Origin: an uncultured delta proteobacterium
GTDB lineage: Bacteria > Desulfobacterota > Binatia > UBA9968
NCBI GenBank assembly: GCA_963804165.1
Contig: CAWDPO010000001.1
Coordinates: 1-64,000, forward strand
DNA length: 64,000 nucleotides
Direction: 5' to 3'
Positions 29,811-39,287 of this stretch are shown piece by piece. Below the pieces are notes generated by a model. The model was not told the origin of the DNA and did not search any database. It saw nothing but the letters and a program-made list of their open reading frames with translations. Positions within the stretch are counted from its first letter, which is position 1. The number at the start of each line of letters is the position of its first letter. The translations under genes and the position numbers were made by a program.

Positions 29811-29905
29811 CGATCTCCTCCTGCCGGCAAGAATTGTTTCGGTTAGCCTTCGAGCTTATTTCGCCACCGGCAAGCACCGTCTATCATTTGTCGAGCAAAC
29901 GTCCT

Positions 29906-31609
29906 TTAGGCGGCGCTGCGCAAACCGATTTTTCTGGAAACCAGCGCAATCACGATGGCGAATAAGCTCAAGATCACCCCAAGGATCGACGCCGCCTGCA
30001 TCTCGCCGGCCATGGAATACTCCATCATGAGAATCGACAACGGCCTGGTGCTTGCCGTGCCGACGAGAATGATCGTGTCGATGTCGCGCACCGCGCCCAT
30101 AAATACGATGGCGAAGACACTGACCAACACTGGGGAAATCAGCGGCACAACGATACGGCGGAAATTATAAAACCATGGCGCGCCGCAGACCCGTCCGACC
30201 TGCTCGAGCTCTTCGGATATTTGCACGAAGGCCGTTTTGGTCATGTGCACGCCGATAGGCATCTCTTTGATCAGCAGCACCAGCACAAGACCCAGATAAC
30301 TTCCATACAGAGGCGAAAACATCGGCGCCGATAGGAATAACCACAGAAATGCCAAACCGAGCAGGATGCCTGGAATCGCCCAGGGCAACCAGACCAAAAG
30401 ATTTACCAGCGAGCGGCCGACGACCTCTGTCCTGACTAACACGTAACCGAGCAAACAATAACAGAACAGACCGATACTCGCGGTGCCAACGCCGAGAACG
30501 ATCGAGTTGCGTATCGCCGAGAGAAATACGGGATCACCGAGCACCAGTGTCCAGTGACGCGTCGAGAAAGGATCCTTGATCGCAAAGAAACCGAAGAGCT
30601 TCATCAAAGATCCGACAACCAAAACCACGAGAGGAAGGTAAACGCTGATGGCAACGAACACAATCAGCAGCGCGGCGATCACGTAACGGATCCGGCCGAT
30701 GTCCATGAGGCGAAAGGAAACCCCCCGGGCGGAAATCGTCGCGAACGCCCGCTTGCTGGTAAAGCGCTGATAAAACAAAGCAAGCACGAAGAGCAGTCCG
30801 AGAAACAACGTGCTGAGCGCCATGGCCTGAGGAAACAATGGAGGCTCCCACTGGATGAGATCGTAAATTCGTGTAGCGTAAACGAACACGCCGATGGGTT
30901 TGCCGAGCAATAACTCGACCTGAAAGGCTTCGAGACCACGGATCAATGAAGCCAAAAACACAGTGAACAATGCCGGACTTAGCAGCGGGATCAAAACGCG
31001 CCGAAAGGTTTGCCACGACCCGGCGCCGCACATGCGTGCCGCCTCTTCCAGCGATGCGTCGAGTTGGCGCAGTACGGGCGCCAATAAAATCGTCATGATT
31101 GGAATTGTCGTCGCCGTCAGATGAATCCAAGCGATACCGAAAAGGGAATAAATGTTGAAACCGATCCCCAACGGTTTGAGAAATTGATTGATCAGACCGT
31201 AATTCGGATCGAGCAGCAAGATCCAGCTCAAGGCAAGCGGCAGCGACGGCAGAAAGTAAGCGATCCAAAGCGAGAACTCGATGAAATTACCGCCGGGAAT
31301 TCGCACCCGCACGAGCAACCAGGAAAACAGAAACGCCACCGCGATCGCCACCACGGATCGTATGTTGAGGATAAATGTGTAGCCGATAGCGGCCAGCGTA
31401 CGTGGGCTGCCGAAGGCTTCGCGCCAACCGTCGAATCCGAAGCGCCAATCTTCACTGGGAGGGGCGGCGTTGAAGCTGTTGAAGATGATAAACAGGACCG
31501 GAGTCAGCGTGAGCGCGGCTATGATCACGCACAATCCTAATCCTGCCCAGATGAGGGAAGGCTGCCGCCAAACCGCCCGGCTCGGCGCCGAGATGCTTAC
31601 ATCGGCCAT
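29906..31609 (-). CDS. ABC transporter permease (FbpB-type, two membrane domains)
   Basis: Two EAA-like loops (LEEAARMCGA, LEQVGRVCGA); many TM segments. Confidence 0.88.
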   Translation of the reverse strand: MADVSISAPSRAVWRQPSLIWAGLGLCVIIAALTLTPVLFIIFNSFNAAPPSEDWRFGFDGWREAFGSPRTLAAIGYTFILNIRSVVAIAVAFLFSWLLVRVRIPGGNFIEFSLWIAYFLPSLPLALSWILLLDPNYGLINQFLKPLGIGFNIYSLFGIAWIHLTATTIPIMTILLAPVLRQLDASLEEAARMCGAGSWQTFRRVLIPLLSPALFTVFLASLIRGLEAFQVELLLGKPIGVFVYATRIYDLIQWEPPLFPQAMALSTLFLGLLFVLALFYQRFTSKRAFATISARGVSFRLMDIGRIRYVIAALLIVFVAISVYLPLVVLVVGSLMKLFGFFAIKDPFSTRHWTLVLGDPVFLSAIRNSIVLGVGTASIGLFCYCLLGYVLVRTEVVGRSLVNLLVWLPWAIPGILLGLAFLWLFLSAPMFSPLYGSYLGLVLVLLIKEMPIGVHMTKTAFVQISEELEQVGRVCGAPWFYNFRRIVVPLISPVLVSVFAIVFMGAVRDIDTIILVGTASTRPLSILMMEYSMAGEMQAASILGVILSLFAIVIALVSRKIGLRSAA

Positions 31610-32706
31610 ACTCGTATCCTCGCGCCGTCGACGGCGAGCAAAACCAGTTCGCCAACGTGCACACGGTGCCGCTTCGAGACTTCGAGGACGAATTCCGTGT
31701 CGCAAGCCTTCAATGCCAGCTCGTAGCGGTCGCCGAGATTGATGACATCGCACACTTCAGCTTCGATTTCATTTTCTTCCGGCGGACGACGTTCTTCGAC
31801 GATCTGCAAATCTTCCGCCCTGAGCGCGGCAAGCGCTCGCCCTTCGACTGCAATGCTCTTGGCCCTGTCGCTGAGAGCGTTGGGTCTCAAGCGATAGCGA
31901 TTCATCAATTCGAGATGAGGGCTTACGCCGTCTTCTCGCCACTTGCCTTCGAAGCGGATGCTCGTGCCGAGAAAAGTATGAACGAATAGACTCTGCGGAT
32001 TGTCATAGACCTCGTCCGGGCTGCCCAATTGCTCGATTTTTCCGTCTCGCATCAACGCCACCCGATGCGCCAGCGTCATCGCTTCATCTTGGTCGTGGGT
32101 CACGAAGATGAAGGTTGTTCCCAACTGCCGTTGTAAGTTTTTCAGCTCCAACCGCATTTGCTGGCGCAGTTGCGCGTCGAGGTTGCTCAAGGGCTCGTCC
32201 AAAAGCAAGATATCAGGCTCGTAGACGAGCGCTCTGGCCAACGCCAATCGCTGCTGCTGCCCGCCGCTCAGTTGCGTGGATAAGCGTTTTTCCAGTCCTG
32301 ACAGACCGACAAACTCTATGGCTCTACCGACCTTCTCGGTGATCTCGTTCTTCGACCGGCGCCGAACCAGTAGCGGGAAAGCGACATGCTCTTCCACCGT
32401 CAAGTGTGGCCAGACGGCAAAGGCTTGAAAGACCATTCCCATGTTGCGCTTTTCGGCGGGGGTGAAGACACCTGATTGAGCGTCGACGACAATATTTTCT
32501 TTCAGCCGAACGACTCCGCCGTCAGGCCGCTCCAATCCGGCTACCAAACGCAGCGTCGTGCTCTTGCCACAGCCGCTCGGTCCCAACAGCACGAGTATCT
32601 CGCGCTCGTAGACGTCAAAGCTTACCTGGTCGAGCACGCAAACGCCGCTGTAATATTTGCTGAGACCGTCGACGCTCAGTATGACCTTGGCAGGTGATTG
32701 CGGCAT
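31597..32706 (-). CDS. ABC transporter ATP-binding protein (FbpC/PotA type)
   Basis: GPSGCGKS, LSGGQQQR, LLLDEP, VTHDQ, C-terminal TOBE-like region. Confidence 0.92.
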   Translation of the reverse strand: MPQSPAKVILSVDGLSKYYSGVCVLDQVSFDVYEREILVLLGPSGCGKSTTLRLVAGLERPDGGVVRLKENIVVDAQSGVFTPAEKRNMGMVFQAFAVWPHLTVEEHVAFPLLVRRRSKNEITEKVGRAIEFVGLSGLEKRLSTQLSGGQQQRLALARALVYEPDILLLDEPLSNLDAQLRQQMRLELKNLQRQLGTTFIFVTHDQDEAMTLAHRVALMRDGKIEQLGSPDEVYDNPQSLFVHTFLGTSIRFEGKWREDGVSPHLELMNRYRLRPNALSDRAKSIAVEGRALAALRAEDLQIVEERRPPEENEIEAEVCDVINLGDRYELALKACDTEFVLEVSKRHRVHVGELVLLAVDGARIRVWPM

Positions 32707-32767
32707 GAATCGCGCCAAATGGATGCGAACTCTATACGACGCTCGATCAGCCTTGTTGGGCGCGGGT

Positions 32768-33904
32768 CTACCGCCCCAGAAGATTGTTTAAGACTTTCAT
32801 CACTTCGGGGCGCTTCTTGGTGTAGAAATCGTGGGAATAGGTATCGAGGTATTTCACTCCGGGTTTGGGATAAAGATAGGATGGAACGTCATCCAATTGC
32901 ACATCGACACGGCGGCTCGGTTGATCGACCGTACGGGAGCAAATTTCTTGACCTTCTTTGGAAGCCAGCCAGTTTAGCAAGACGATAGCCCCGTCAGGAT
33001 GAGGCGCGTCCTTCATCACCTTCACCACGCCCGATCCGCCAAGCAGATAACCGGGTGCATCGTCGAGACTGTTGAGAACCTTCAAGGGAAAGCCTTCCTT
33101 CATGAATGGTTCGAAGCCTCGCTCTTGCACGCCCAGCGCCATAAAATACGTTCCGCGCGCAATCCAATCTGAGAGCTGACGGTGATTCGTGGAGTAAACC
33201 AGAGACTGACCGAGATATAGTTTACGGACATAATCTTCGCCGAACATCGTCAGCAAATATGCCGCGGTGGCCTGCCCAGCCCCGCTGATTCGAGGATCGA
33301 ATCCCGCGATCTTGCCTTTGAATTTGGGGTTGAGGAGGTCCACGGTGGAGCGTAACTCCTGAGGCTTGACTTGATCGGTGTTGAACAGCAGTCTTCCGAA
33401 GGATGCAAATTCTGAAAGCTGCAGCAGATACTGCCCTTCGAGATCGTTGAATTTCAGACTGCCGCCGCGCCAGTACTTTCCATTAGCGACTTCGGGCAGA
33501 AGCAACTTGGGTTTCACGGGCGCCAGGCAACCCTTTGGATGGAGCGTGATCAATTCACTCAATCCGCTCAGCAGAACATCCATACTTGCGCGGCCGGCGG
33601 CGCACTCTCGTCCGGCTACGGCTACGAGCTCCGCGCCTTCGAGCACGCGGATTTCCACCGTGATGCCATACCGTTTTGCGAACGCCGTGGTGACGCCTTG
33701 CCGAAACTCCGGCGTACCGACGTTTGACCCCAGAGTGACGCGGCCATCCTGACGCGCCCGAGCCAAAACTTTGTCCCAGTCATCCGCCTGGGTTTGGCGC
33801 GCTTCCCCCGCATACGACAAAGCCGCAGAAAGGAGGACCGACGCCGCAACGAGTAGAAGTTCGAGTATTGCTGTCTGTGATGATTTAAACCGTCTCAACC
33901 CCAT
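32768..33904 (-). CDS. Extracellular solute-binding protein
   Basis: Signal peptide, DLLNPKFKGKI, DAPHP.GA..LLNWLASKEGQ. Confidence 0.8.
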   Translation of the reverse strand: MGLRRFKSSQTAILELLLVAASVLLSAALSYAGEARQTQADDWDKVLARARQDGRVTLGSNVGTPEFRQGVTTAFAKRYGITVEIRVLEGAELVAVAGRECAAGRASMDVLLSGLSELITLHPKGCLAPVKPKLLLPEVANGKYWRGGSLKFNDLEGQYLLQLSEFASFGRLLFNTDQVKPQELRSTVDLLNPKFKGKIAGFDPRISGAGQATAAYLLTMFGEDYVRKLYLGQSLVYSTNHRQLSDWIARGTYFMALGVQERGFEPFMKEGFPLKVLNSLDDAPGYLLGGSGVVKVMKDAPHPDGAIVLLNWLASKEGQEICSRTVDQPSRRVDVQLDDVPSYLYPKPGVKYLDTYSHDFYTKKRPEVMKVLNNLLGR

Positions 33905-33978
33905 TCACGACCTCGTGGCTCGCAATGAACACAACACGCGCCAAGCAAAGTAGACCGAGTTTTGCCGACCCTAATACC

Positions 33979-34851
33979 TTATTGCCAATAGAGCTTCCGA
34001 TAAGTGTCAATCATAACCGAATCCTGACTGCCTTCGAGGAATTCCAACAGCGTGCGGTTAAATATATCGGCGCGCTCATACTGCGGCCAGTGACCTGACT
34101 TGTCGACCAGCACGAATCTCGACCCGGGCACGGACTGATGAACCTTGTCGGCCACCGGCCAAGGGCAAGTCGGATTGTGGGTCGTCCAGAAGAAAAGTAT
34201 CGGCACTTGCAGCTTGGGGATCTTGTCGATCAAATTATAAATCGTTCGATCGCGGGTCTGGAGCACATGCTGAAAATCCGGCTGGCTGTAGATTTTGAGC
34301 CTGATATCGACCAATTCGTCCGGTAAGGTCTTCGGATCGTGAAACAACCATTCCATCCGCTTGCGGATAGTTTCCTTCGTCGGCATGCCAGTCGCTTCGC
34401 GGTTGAGTTCCTGGAGACGATTCTGCCCCGACATGTAGCCGTGCTCGTTGGACGGAATACCACCGACGATAAGACCCAGCTTGTCGACGCGCTCGGGATG
34501 CTCATGGGCTGTCAACACGCTGATTTGGCCGCCTTGGGACTCGCCCACCAGGTGCGCTTTCTTGATGCCCGCCGCGTCCATGAAGTCCACCAGATGTTTG
34601 GAAAATGCATCGAGATTGTAGGTGATCTTCGGCTTATCCGTGTACCCATGACCGAGATAATCGATCGCCAGAACACGAAATTTTTCCGACAACGGGATGA
34701 GATTGCGCACCCAGGTTTCAGCGTGGCCGCCGCCGCCGTGCAAAAGTATCACCGGTTTTCCCTCGCCTTTTTCAAAGCAGCGCGTGCGAATTCCAGCCGC
34801 GTCGTAATAGCGCTCATATTTTGCGTACGTTTCCAGCTCTTTCGCTGACAT
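33979..34851 (-). CDS. Alpha/beta hydrolase (ring-fission product hydrolase-like)
   Basis: LHGGGGHAE, GESQGG, WTTHNP, GHWPQYE; GAGG RBS. Confidence 0.8.
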   Translation of the reverse strand: MSAKELETYAKYERYYDAAGIRTRCFEKGEGKPVILLHGGGGHAETWVRNLIPLSEKFRVLAIDYLGHGYTDKPKITYNLDAFSKHLVDFMDAAGIKKAHLVGESQGGQISVLTAHEHPERVDKLGLIVGGIPSNEHGYMSGQNRLQELNREATGMPTKETIRKRMEWLFHDPKTLPDELVDIRLKIYSQPDFQHVLQTRDRTIYNLIDKIPKLQVPILFFWTTHNPTCPWPVADKVHQSVPGSRFVLVDKSGHWPQYERADIFNRTLLEFLEGSQDSVMIDTYRKLYWQ

Positions 34852-34889
34852 TGAGGAGTTCCTTTCGTAATTCAATGCGATTTCTAGTT

Positions 34890-34948
34890 GTCTCACACCG
34901 CAGGACGATGTCTCAGCGACACTACTCCAGCCGCTTTCTTGGTGTCAA
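34890..34948 (-). promoter_or_regulatory. Sigma70 promoter plus operator for the hydrolase-ABC operon
   Basis: Minus strand TTGACA-N18-TAGTGT-N12-gtcctgcggtgtgagac. Confidence 0.7.
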
Positions 34949-35121
34949 GAACTCGCATGAGCTTACCGATGATCATCAGCCCGTCTTGGCGCAATCAAAG
35001 ATCGCAGCATCCTCACGACTGCTGAGTCGGATCGACTTTGATGTCTTTCATGAATGCGAAACTCAGCGAGCTCACCGAGAGCCCGCCAACTTGTTTTTGC
35101 AAAAGAGTCGACGCACATTTC

Positions 35122-35179
35122 TTGACAAGGGAGAAAAGCTTGGATTAGTGTATCGAGATGATGTTTTACGATATAAGAC
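35122..35179 (+). promoter_or_regulatory. Sigma70 promoter plus operator for the UbiD-Rieske operon
   Basis: TTGACA(35122)-N18-TAGTGT(35146)-N11-gttttacgatataagac(35163-35179). Confidence 0.7.
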
Positions 35180-35264
35180 GTCATTTTTTAATGATCTGCG
35201 GCGTGGCGTCGGTGAGTAATCGCCGGCAACGTTCCGCCAGGAAACAAAACGTCTGGAGGCAGCT

Positions 35265-36698
35265 ATGATTCCCGACCTTCGTCAATTCTTGGATCGATTA
35301 GAGACCCTCGGAGATCTTCGGCGCGTCAGCAATGCGGCGCTGAAATACGAAATTGGCGCGATTTCGGAAATAGCATTCGAAAAGGGCGGGCCGGCGCTTC
35401 TTTTCGATCGCATCGAAGGATATCCACCCAACTTTCGCATCGCGGTGAACGTCTGTTCGACGCAGCGCCGATCCTTGTTAGGCGTGGGCATGGACCCGGA
35501 TTCGTCCGAACTAGACGCGATGAAGACTTGGCGGGCGCGATGGGATGCTTATCGACCGATCCCGCCAAAAGTCGTCGCCGATGGACCGATTCTGGAAAAC
35601 GTGCAAAACGGCGCCGATGTCGATCTTTTCAAAATTCCCGTGCCGATTTGGCACGAGCTCGACGGCGGCGCATACATCGGCACCGGCTTAGCGGTCATAT
35701 TGAAAGATCCCGACAAGGGTTGGGTGAACCTCGGCAGTTATCGGCTGCAGCGTCATGATCGAAACACCACCGGATTTTTCTGCGAGCCGGAAAACGACGG
35801 CGCCGCGATCGTGCGCAAGTACTGGAAGCAGGGCAAAGCAGCGCCGGTTGCTGTTTCTTTGAGTCCCGAACCGATAATTTTTCTTACGGCATCGGGTTCC
35901 ACTGGATGTCCACCGGGCGTGCCGGAATACGATTTCGCCGGATTTATCATGGGGGAACCCATCGAAGTTATCGAAGGACCGGTCACCGGCTTGCCGATTT
36001 CGGCGCGCGCCGAAATCGCCATCGAAGGCGAAGTCATGTCGCCGGAAGTCGAAACCCGACCCGAGGGACCCTTCGGCGAATGGACCGGTTATTACGCTCC
36101 CGGCGGCGTCCTGGAACCCGTGCTGCGAGTGAAAGCGCTCTATCATAGAAACGATCCGATTCTTTTCGGCGCTCCGCCATTCAAACCGCATCGCGACGCC
36201 TATTCCTTTTCGCTCCCCATGCGCACCGTTACTCGGCTCGGCGACCGGCTCCTCAAAGAGGGATTGCCGGTGCGGCGTGTCACCGACACGGTAAAAATGG
36301 GCGCGGTGGTGATCAGCGTGCATCAGGAAAGCGAGCATGACGTCACGAACATCATGAAAGTCATCGACAAGGTGAAGCCACCGAGCCGGTTGTTTATCCT
36401 GGTCGACGAAGACGTTAACCCGGAAGATCCCTTGGAAGTTCTCTGGGCCATCGGCACGCGCTTCGATCCGATCACCGGTGTGCGCGTCAGCGTCACGCAG
36501 AGCGCCTGGTTGTTGGATCCGATGCGGACGACGGACCAGAGAGCGGGTCACTCCGCGCAGCCGTACAAGCGGCTGATCATCAACGGCTGCCGGCCGTTCG
36601 AACGGTTGAAGGACTTTCCGACGGTCAACAAGTTGAGCGACTTGCGCCGCAAAGAGACTTGGCAGAAGTGGAATATGTCCGAGTGGTTATCTAAATGA
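35265..36698 (+). CDS. UbiD family decarboxylase
   Basis: PALLFD, DGGAYIGT, NLGSYR, EGPFGEWTGYY, VDEDV. Confidence 0.9.
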   Translation: MIPDLRQFLDRLETLGDLRRVSNAALKYEIGAISEIAFEKGGPALLFDRIEGYPPNFRIAVNVCSTQRRSLLGVGMDPDSSELDAMKTWRARWDAYRPIPPKVVADGPILENVQNGADVDLFKIPVPIWHELDGGAYIGTGLAVILKDPDKGWVNLGSYRLQRHDRNTTGFFCEPENDGAAIVRKYWKQGKAAPVAVSLSPEPIIFLTASGSTGCPPGVPEYDFAGFIMGEPIEVIEGPVTGLPISARAEIAIEGEVMSPEVETRPEGPFGEWTGYYAPGGVLEPVLRVKALYHRNDPILFGAPPFKPHRDAYSFSLPMRTVTRLGDRLLKEGLPVRRVTDTVKMGAVVISVHQESEHDVTNIMKVIDKVKPPSRLFILVDEDVNPEDPLEVLWAIGTRFDPITGVRVSVTQSAWLLDPMRTTDQRAGHSAQPYKRLIINGCRPFERLKDFPTVNKLSDLRRKETWQKWNMSEWLSK

Positions 36699-36738
36699 TC
36701 CTAATTCACGACGGTCACAAAGCCCCGAGATCACGTTT

Positions 36739-38010
36739 ATGAACGAAGCAGAAAATGAATTATTGACAAGAACCGGACCGGGAACTCCCTGCGGCGAGTT
36801 GATGCGCCGCTACTGGCAGCCTGCGGCTCTCTCTGAAGAGCTGCCGCCAGGCGCTCCTCCCCTGCCAGTTAAATTATTTGGCGAAGAGCTCGTCCTGTTT
36901 CGCAACGATCAGGGGAAGCTCGGTCTCATCGACCTTCACTGCGCGCACCGTGGCGCCGATCTGAGCTACGGCAGACTCGAAGACGGCGGGATCCGCTGCA
37001 TCTATCATGGCTGGCTCTACGATGTGGACGGCAAGGTCATCGACATGCCGGGAGAAATTGATGGAGGCAAAGGTTTTCGCGAATCGATCTGCCACAACGC
37101 GTATCCGGTGGAAGAGCGGGCCGGCGTGATCTTCGCCTACATGGGGCCCGGCAAACCACCGTTGATTCCCAACTACGGCTATCTCACCGTGCCCCTCGAT
37201 CATGTCTACGTCACGAAGATTTACCAGGAATGTAACTATCTGCAGGGCAACGAGGGCAACATCGATCTCATGCACCTGTCCTACCTCCATTTTAACAAGT
37301 ATCGCGATACCGGCGGGCCGGGCGTCGAACCGGTAAAATTCTCCGGGCAAGGCGGCGCTCCGGGTGGTATCGAGACCACTGAAGCAGATCTCACGGATTT
37401 CGGATTGCGCGTTTGCAAGACCAGAAAAGTCGGCGCGGACAAAAAATATCTGCGCGTTGGCAATTTTGTCATGCCGAATCTTTCCGCTCCTCCCGGACAG
37501 TTCAACGGTCACGAAGGCTACCTGATGAACTGGCATGTGCCCATCGACGACACGCATCATTGGAAATACATCATCATCTTTCACCGCGAGCGTCCGCTGA
37601 ACGCCGAGGAGCAGCGGCGCAATCGCTTGGAGCTCAGCGAAGGCTACCGGCCGGTGCGAAACAAATCGAACCGCTACATGCAAGATCGGGAGTCGATGAA
37701 AGACGAGAGCTACAGCGGCATCGGGCTGGTTTTCCAAGTTCAGGATGTCTGCGTCACCGAAGGCGCCGGCGCGATTCAAGACCGCACCAAAGAGCATCTC
37801 GTGACATCGTCCGATGCCGCCATCGTCGTGGCGCGCAAGCTCATGTTGAAAGGCATTCAGGATGTGGAAGCCGGCCGCGATCCCCAGCACGTGATCAGGG
37901 ATCCCGCGGCAAATAATTTGTCTCATCTTTTCGCCTACAGCGCGGTCGTCAATAAAGATGCTAACTGGAAAGAAATCTGCAATGGCATCGCCGCTGAGGC
38001 GAGAGCCTAG
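36739..38010 (+). CDS. Rieske oxygenase alpha subunit (phthalate 4,5-dioxygenase-like)
   Basis: CAH-x16-CIYH; EGNIDLMHLSYLH; VQD; close paralog of 2846. Confidence 0.9.
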   Translation: MNEAENELLTRTGPGTPCGELMRRYWQPAALSEELPPGAPPLPVKLFGEELVLFRNDQGKLGLIDLHCAHRGADLSYGRLEDGGIRCIYHGWLYDVDGKVIDMPGEIDGGKGFRESICHNAYPVEERAGVIFAYMGPGKPPLIPNYGYLTVPLDHVYVTKIYQECNYLQGNEGNIDLMHLSYLHFNKYRDTGGPGVEPVKFSGQGGAPGGIETTEADLTDFGLRVCKTRKVGADKKYLRVGNFVMPNLSAPPGQFNGHEGYLMNWHVPIDDTHHWKYIIIFHRERPLNAEEQRRNRLELSEGYRPVRNKSNRYMQDRESMKDESYSGIGLVFQVQDVCVTEGAGAIQDRTKEHLVTSSDAAIVVARKLMLKGIQDVEAGRDPQHVIRDPAANNLSHLFAYSAVVNKDANWKEICNGIAAEARA

Positions 38011-38054
38011 AAGTTTCGGAATACTGAAACACAAAGGAACAACGCGGAGGGATT

Positions 38055-39281
38055 ATGGATGACGTTTTACGTTTAGGATTCGTCGGCGTCGGCATGGCCG
38101 TAACGAGAATTTTTTCCGAGAAACCGGGCATCACAAAACTGCCGTACGTTAAGATCACCGGCGCCGCGGATCCGCGCAGTCACGCATTGGATGTTTTTGA
38201 AAAGGAATTCAACGCGGAGACTTACAACAATATCGAAGATCTGTGTAAGAGCCGAAACGTCGATGCGGTCTACATCGCCACGCCGCCGGAAATGCACGCC
38301 GAGCATACGTTGATCGCGGCGAAACACGGCAAGCATGTCATCGTCGAAAAACCCATGGCGTTGACGATCGAAGATGCGGAAAAAATGAACGACACCGCCG
38401 ACAAGTACAAGATCAAATTGTTGTGCGGTCACACCCACAGTTTCGATGCTCCGGTGCGCAAGATGCGGGAAATCGTCAAGGGCGGCGAGCTCGGTCCCCT
38501 GCGCATGATCAACACCTGGAACTTCAACGAATTCATGTATCGCCCTTGGCCGACCCATGAATTGGTCACCAGCAACGGACTCATTTTCAATCAAACGCCG
38601 CATCAGGTAGACGTCGTGCGCTTGATCGGCGGCGGCAAGGTAAAAACGGTGAGAGCGTGGACGGGCGCCTGGGACAAAATCCGTCCCGGCGTCGGCGCGT
38701 ATTCCTGCTTTTTCGAATTCGAAGACGGCGTTCCCGCGACGATGGTCTACAACGGCTATGGGTTCTTCGACACCGCCGAGCTCATGTGGTGGACCGGCGA
38801 GGGCGGACAGCCGCGCGACCCCGACACGAATCTGAAAATGCGAACCAACCTTAGCGGCATTGGCGGCGACAACGTCGACAAGGTCCTCGAAGAGCAAAAG
38901 GAACAGATGCGCTACGGCCAAAGGTCGGATAAATGGCCGTCGATCTGGCAGATCTGGGGCGCCGGTCACGACGCGCCGGTGCACCACCAGTCGTTCTTCG
39001 GCTTGACCGTGGTCTCCTGTGAAAAAGGCGATATGCGCCAATCGCAAGACGGCATCTTTGTATATGGCGACAACAAGAAATGGGAAGTTTCCCTGGAAAA
39101 AGTGATGCGCGGCCGCCAAGCCGAAGTGACGGAGTTGTATGAGGCGGTGAAGAACAACCGGCCGGTGTCGCACGACGGACGCTGGGGCGAAGCAACATTG
39201 GAAGTTTGTTTGGCCATCGTCGAGTCCGGCAAGACCGGCAAAGAAATCGTCATGAAGCACCAAGTCCCGTCCTGGGAATAG
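38055..39281 (+). CDS. Gfo/Idh/MocA oxidoreductase (cis-dihydrodiol dehydrogenase-like)
   Basis: VEKPMA, GHTHSFD, HDGRWGEATLEVC; paralog of 4..1215. Confidence 0.85.
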   Translation: MDDVLRLGFVGVGMAVTRIFSEKPGITKLPYVKITGAADPRSHALDVFEKEFNAETYNNIEDLCKSRNVDAVYIATPPEMHAEHTLIAAKHGKHVIVEKPMALTIEDAEKMNDTADKYKIKLLCGHTHSFDAPVRKMREIVKGGELGPLRMINTWNFNEFMYRPWPTHELVTSNGLIFNQTPHQVDVVRLIGGGKVKTVRAWTGAWDKIRPGVGAYSCFFEFEDGVPATMVYNGYGFFDTAELMWWTGEGGQPRDPDTNLKMRTNLSGIGGDNVDKVLEEQKEQMRYGQRSDKWPSIWQIWGAGHDAPVHHQSFFGLTVVSCEKGDMRQSQDGIFVYGDNKKWEVSLEKVMRGRQAEVTELYEAVKNNRPVSHDGRWGEATLEVCLAIVESGKTGKEIVMKHQVPSWE

Positions 39282-39287
39282 TTTGTC

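Noticed and set aside
36874-39263. Long antisense ORFs of 386 and 396 aa
   Set aside because: Shadow frames opposite the Rieske and dehydrogenase genes, expected from high-GC codon bias; no recognisable motifs
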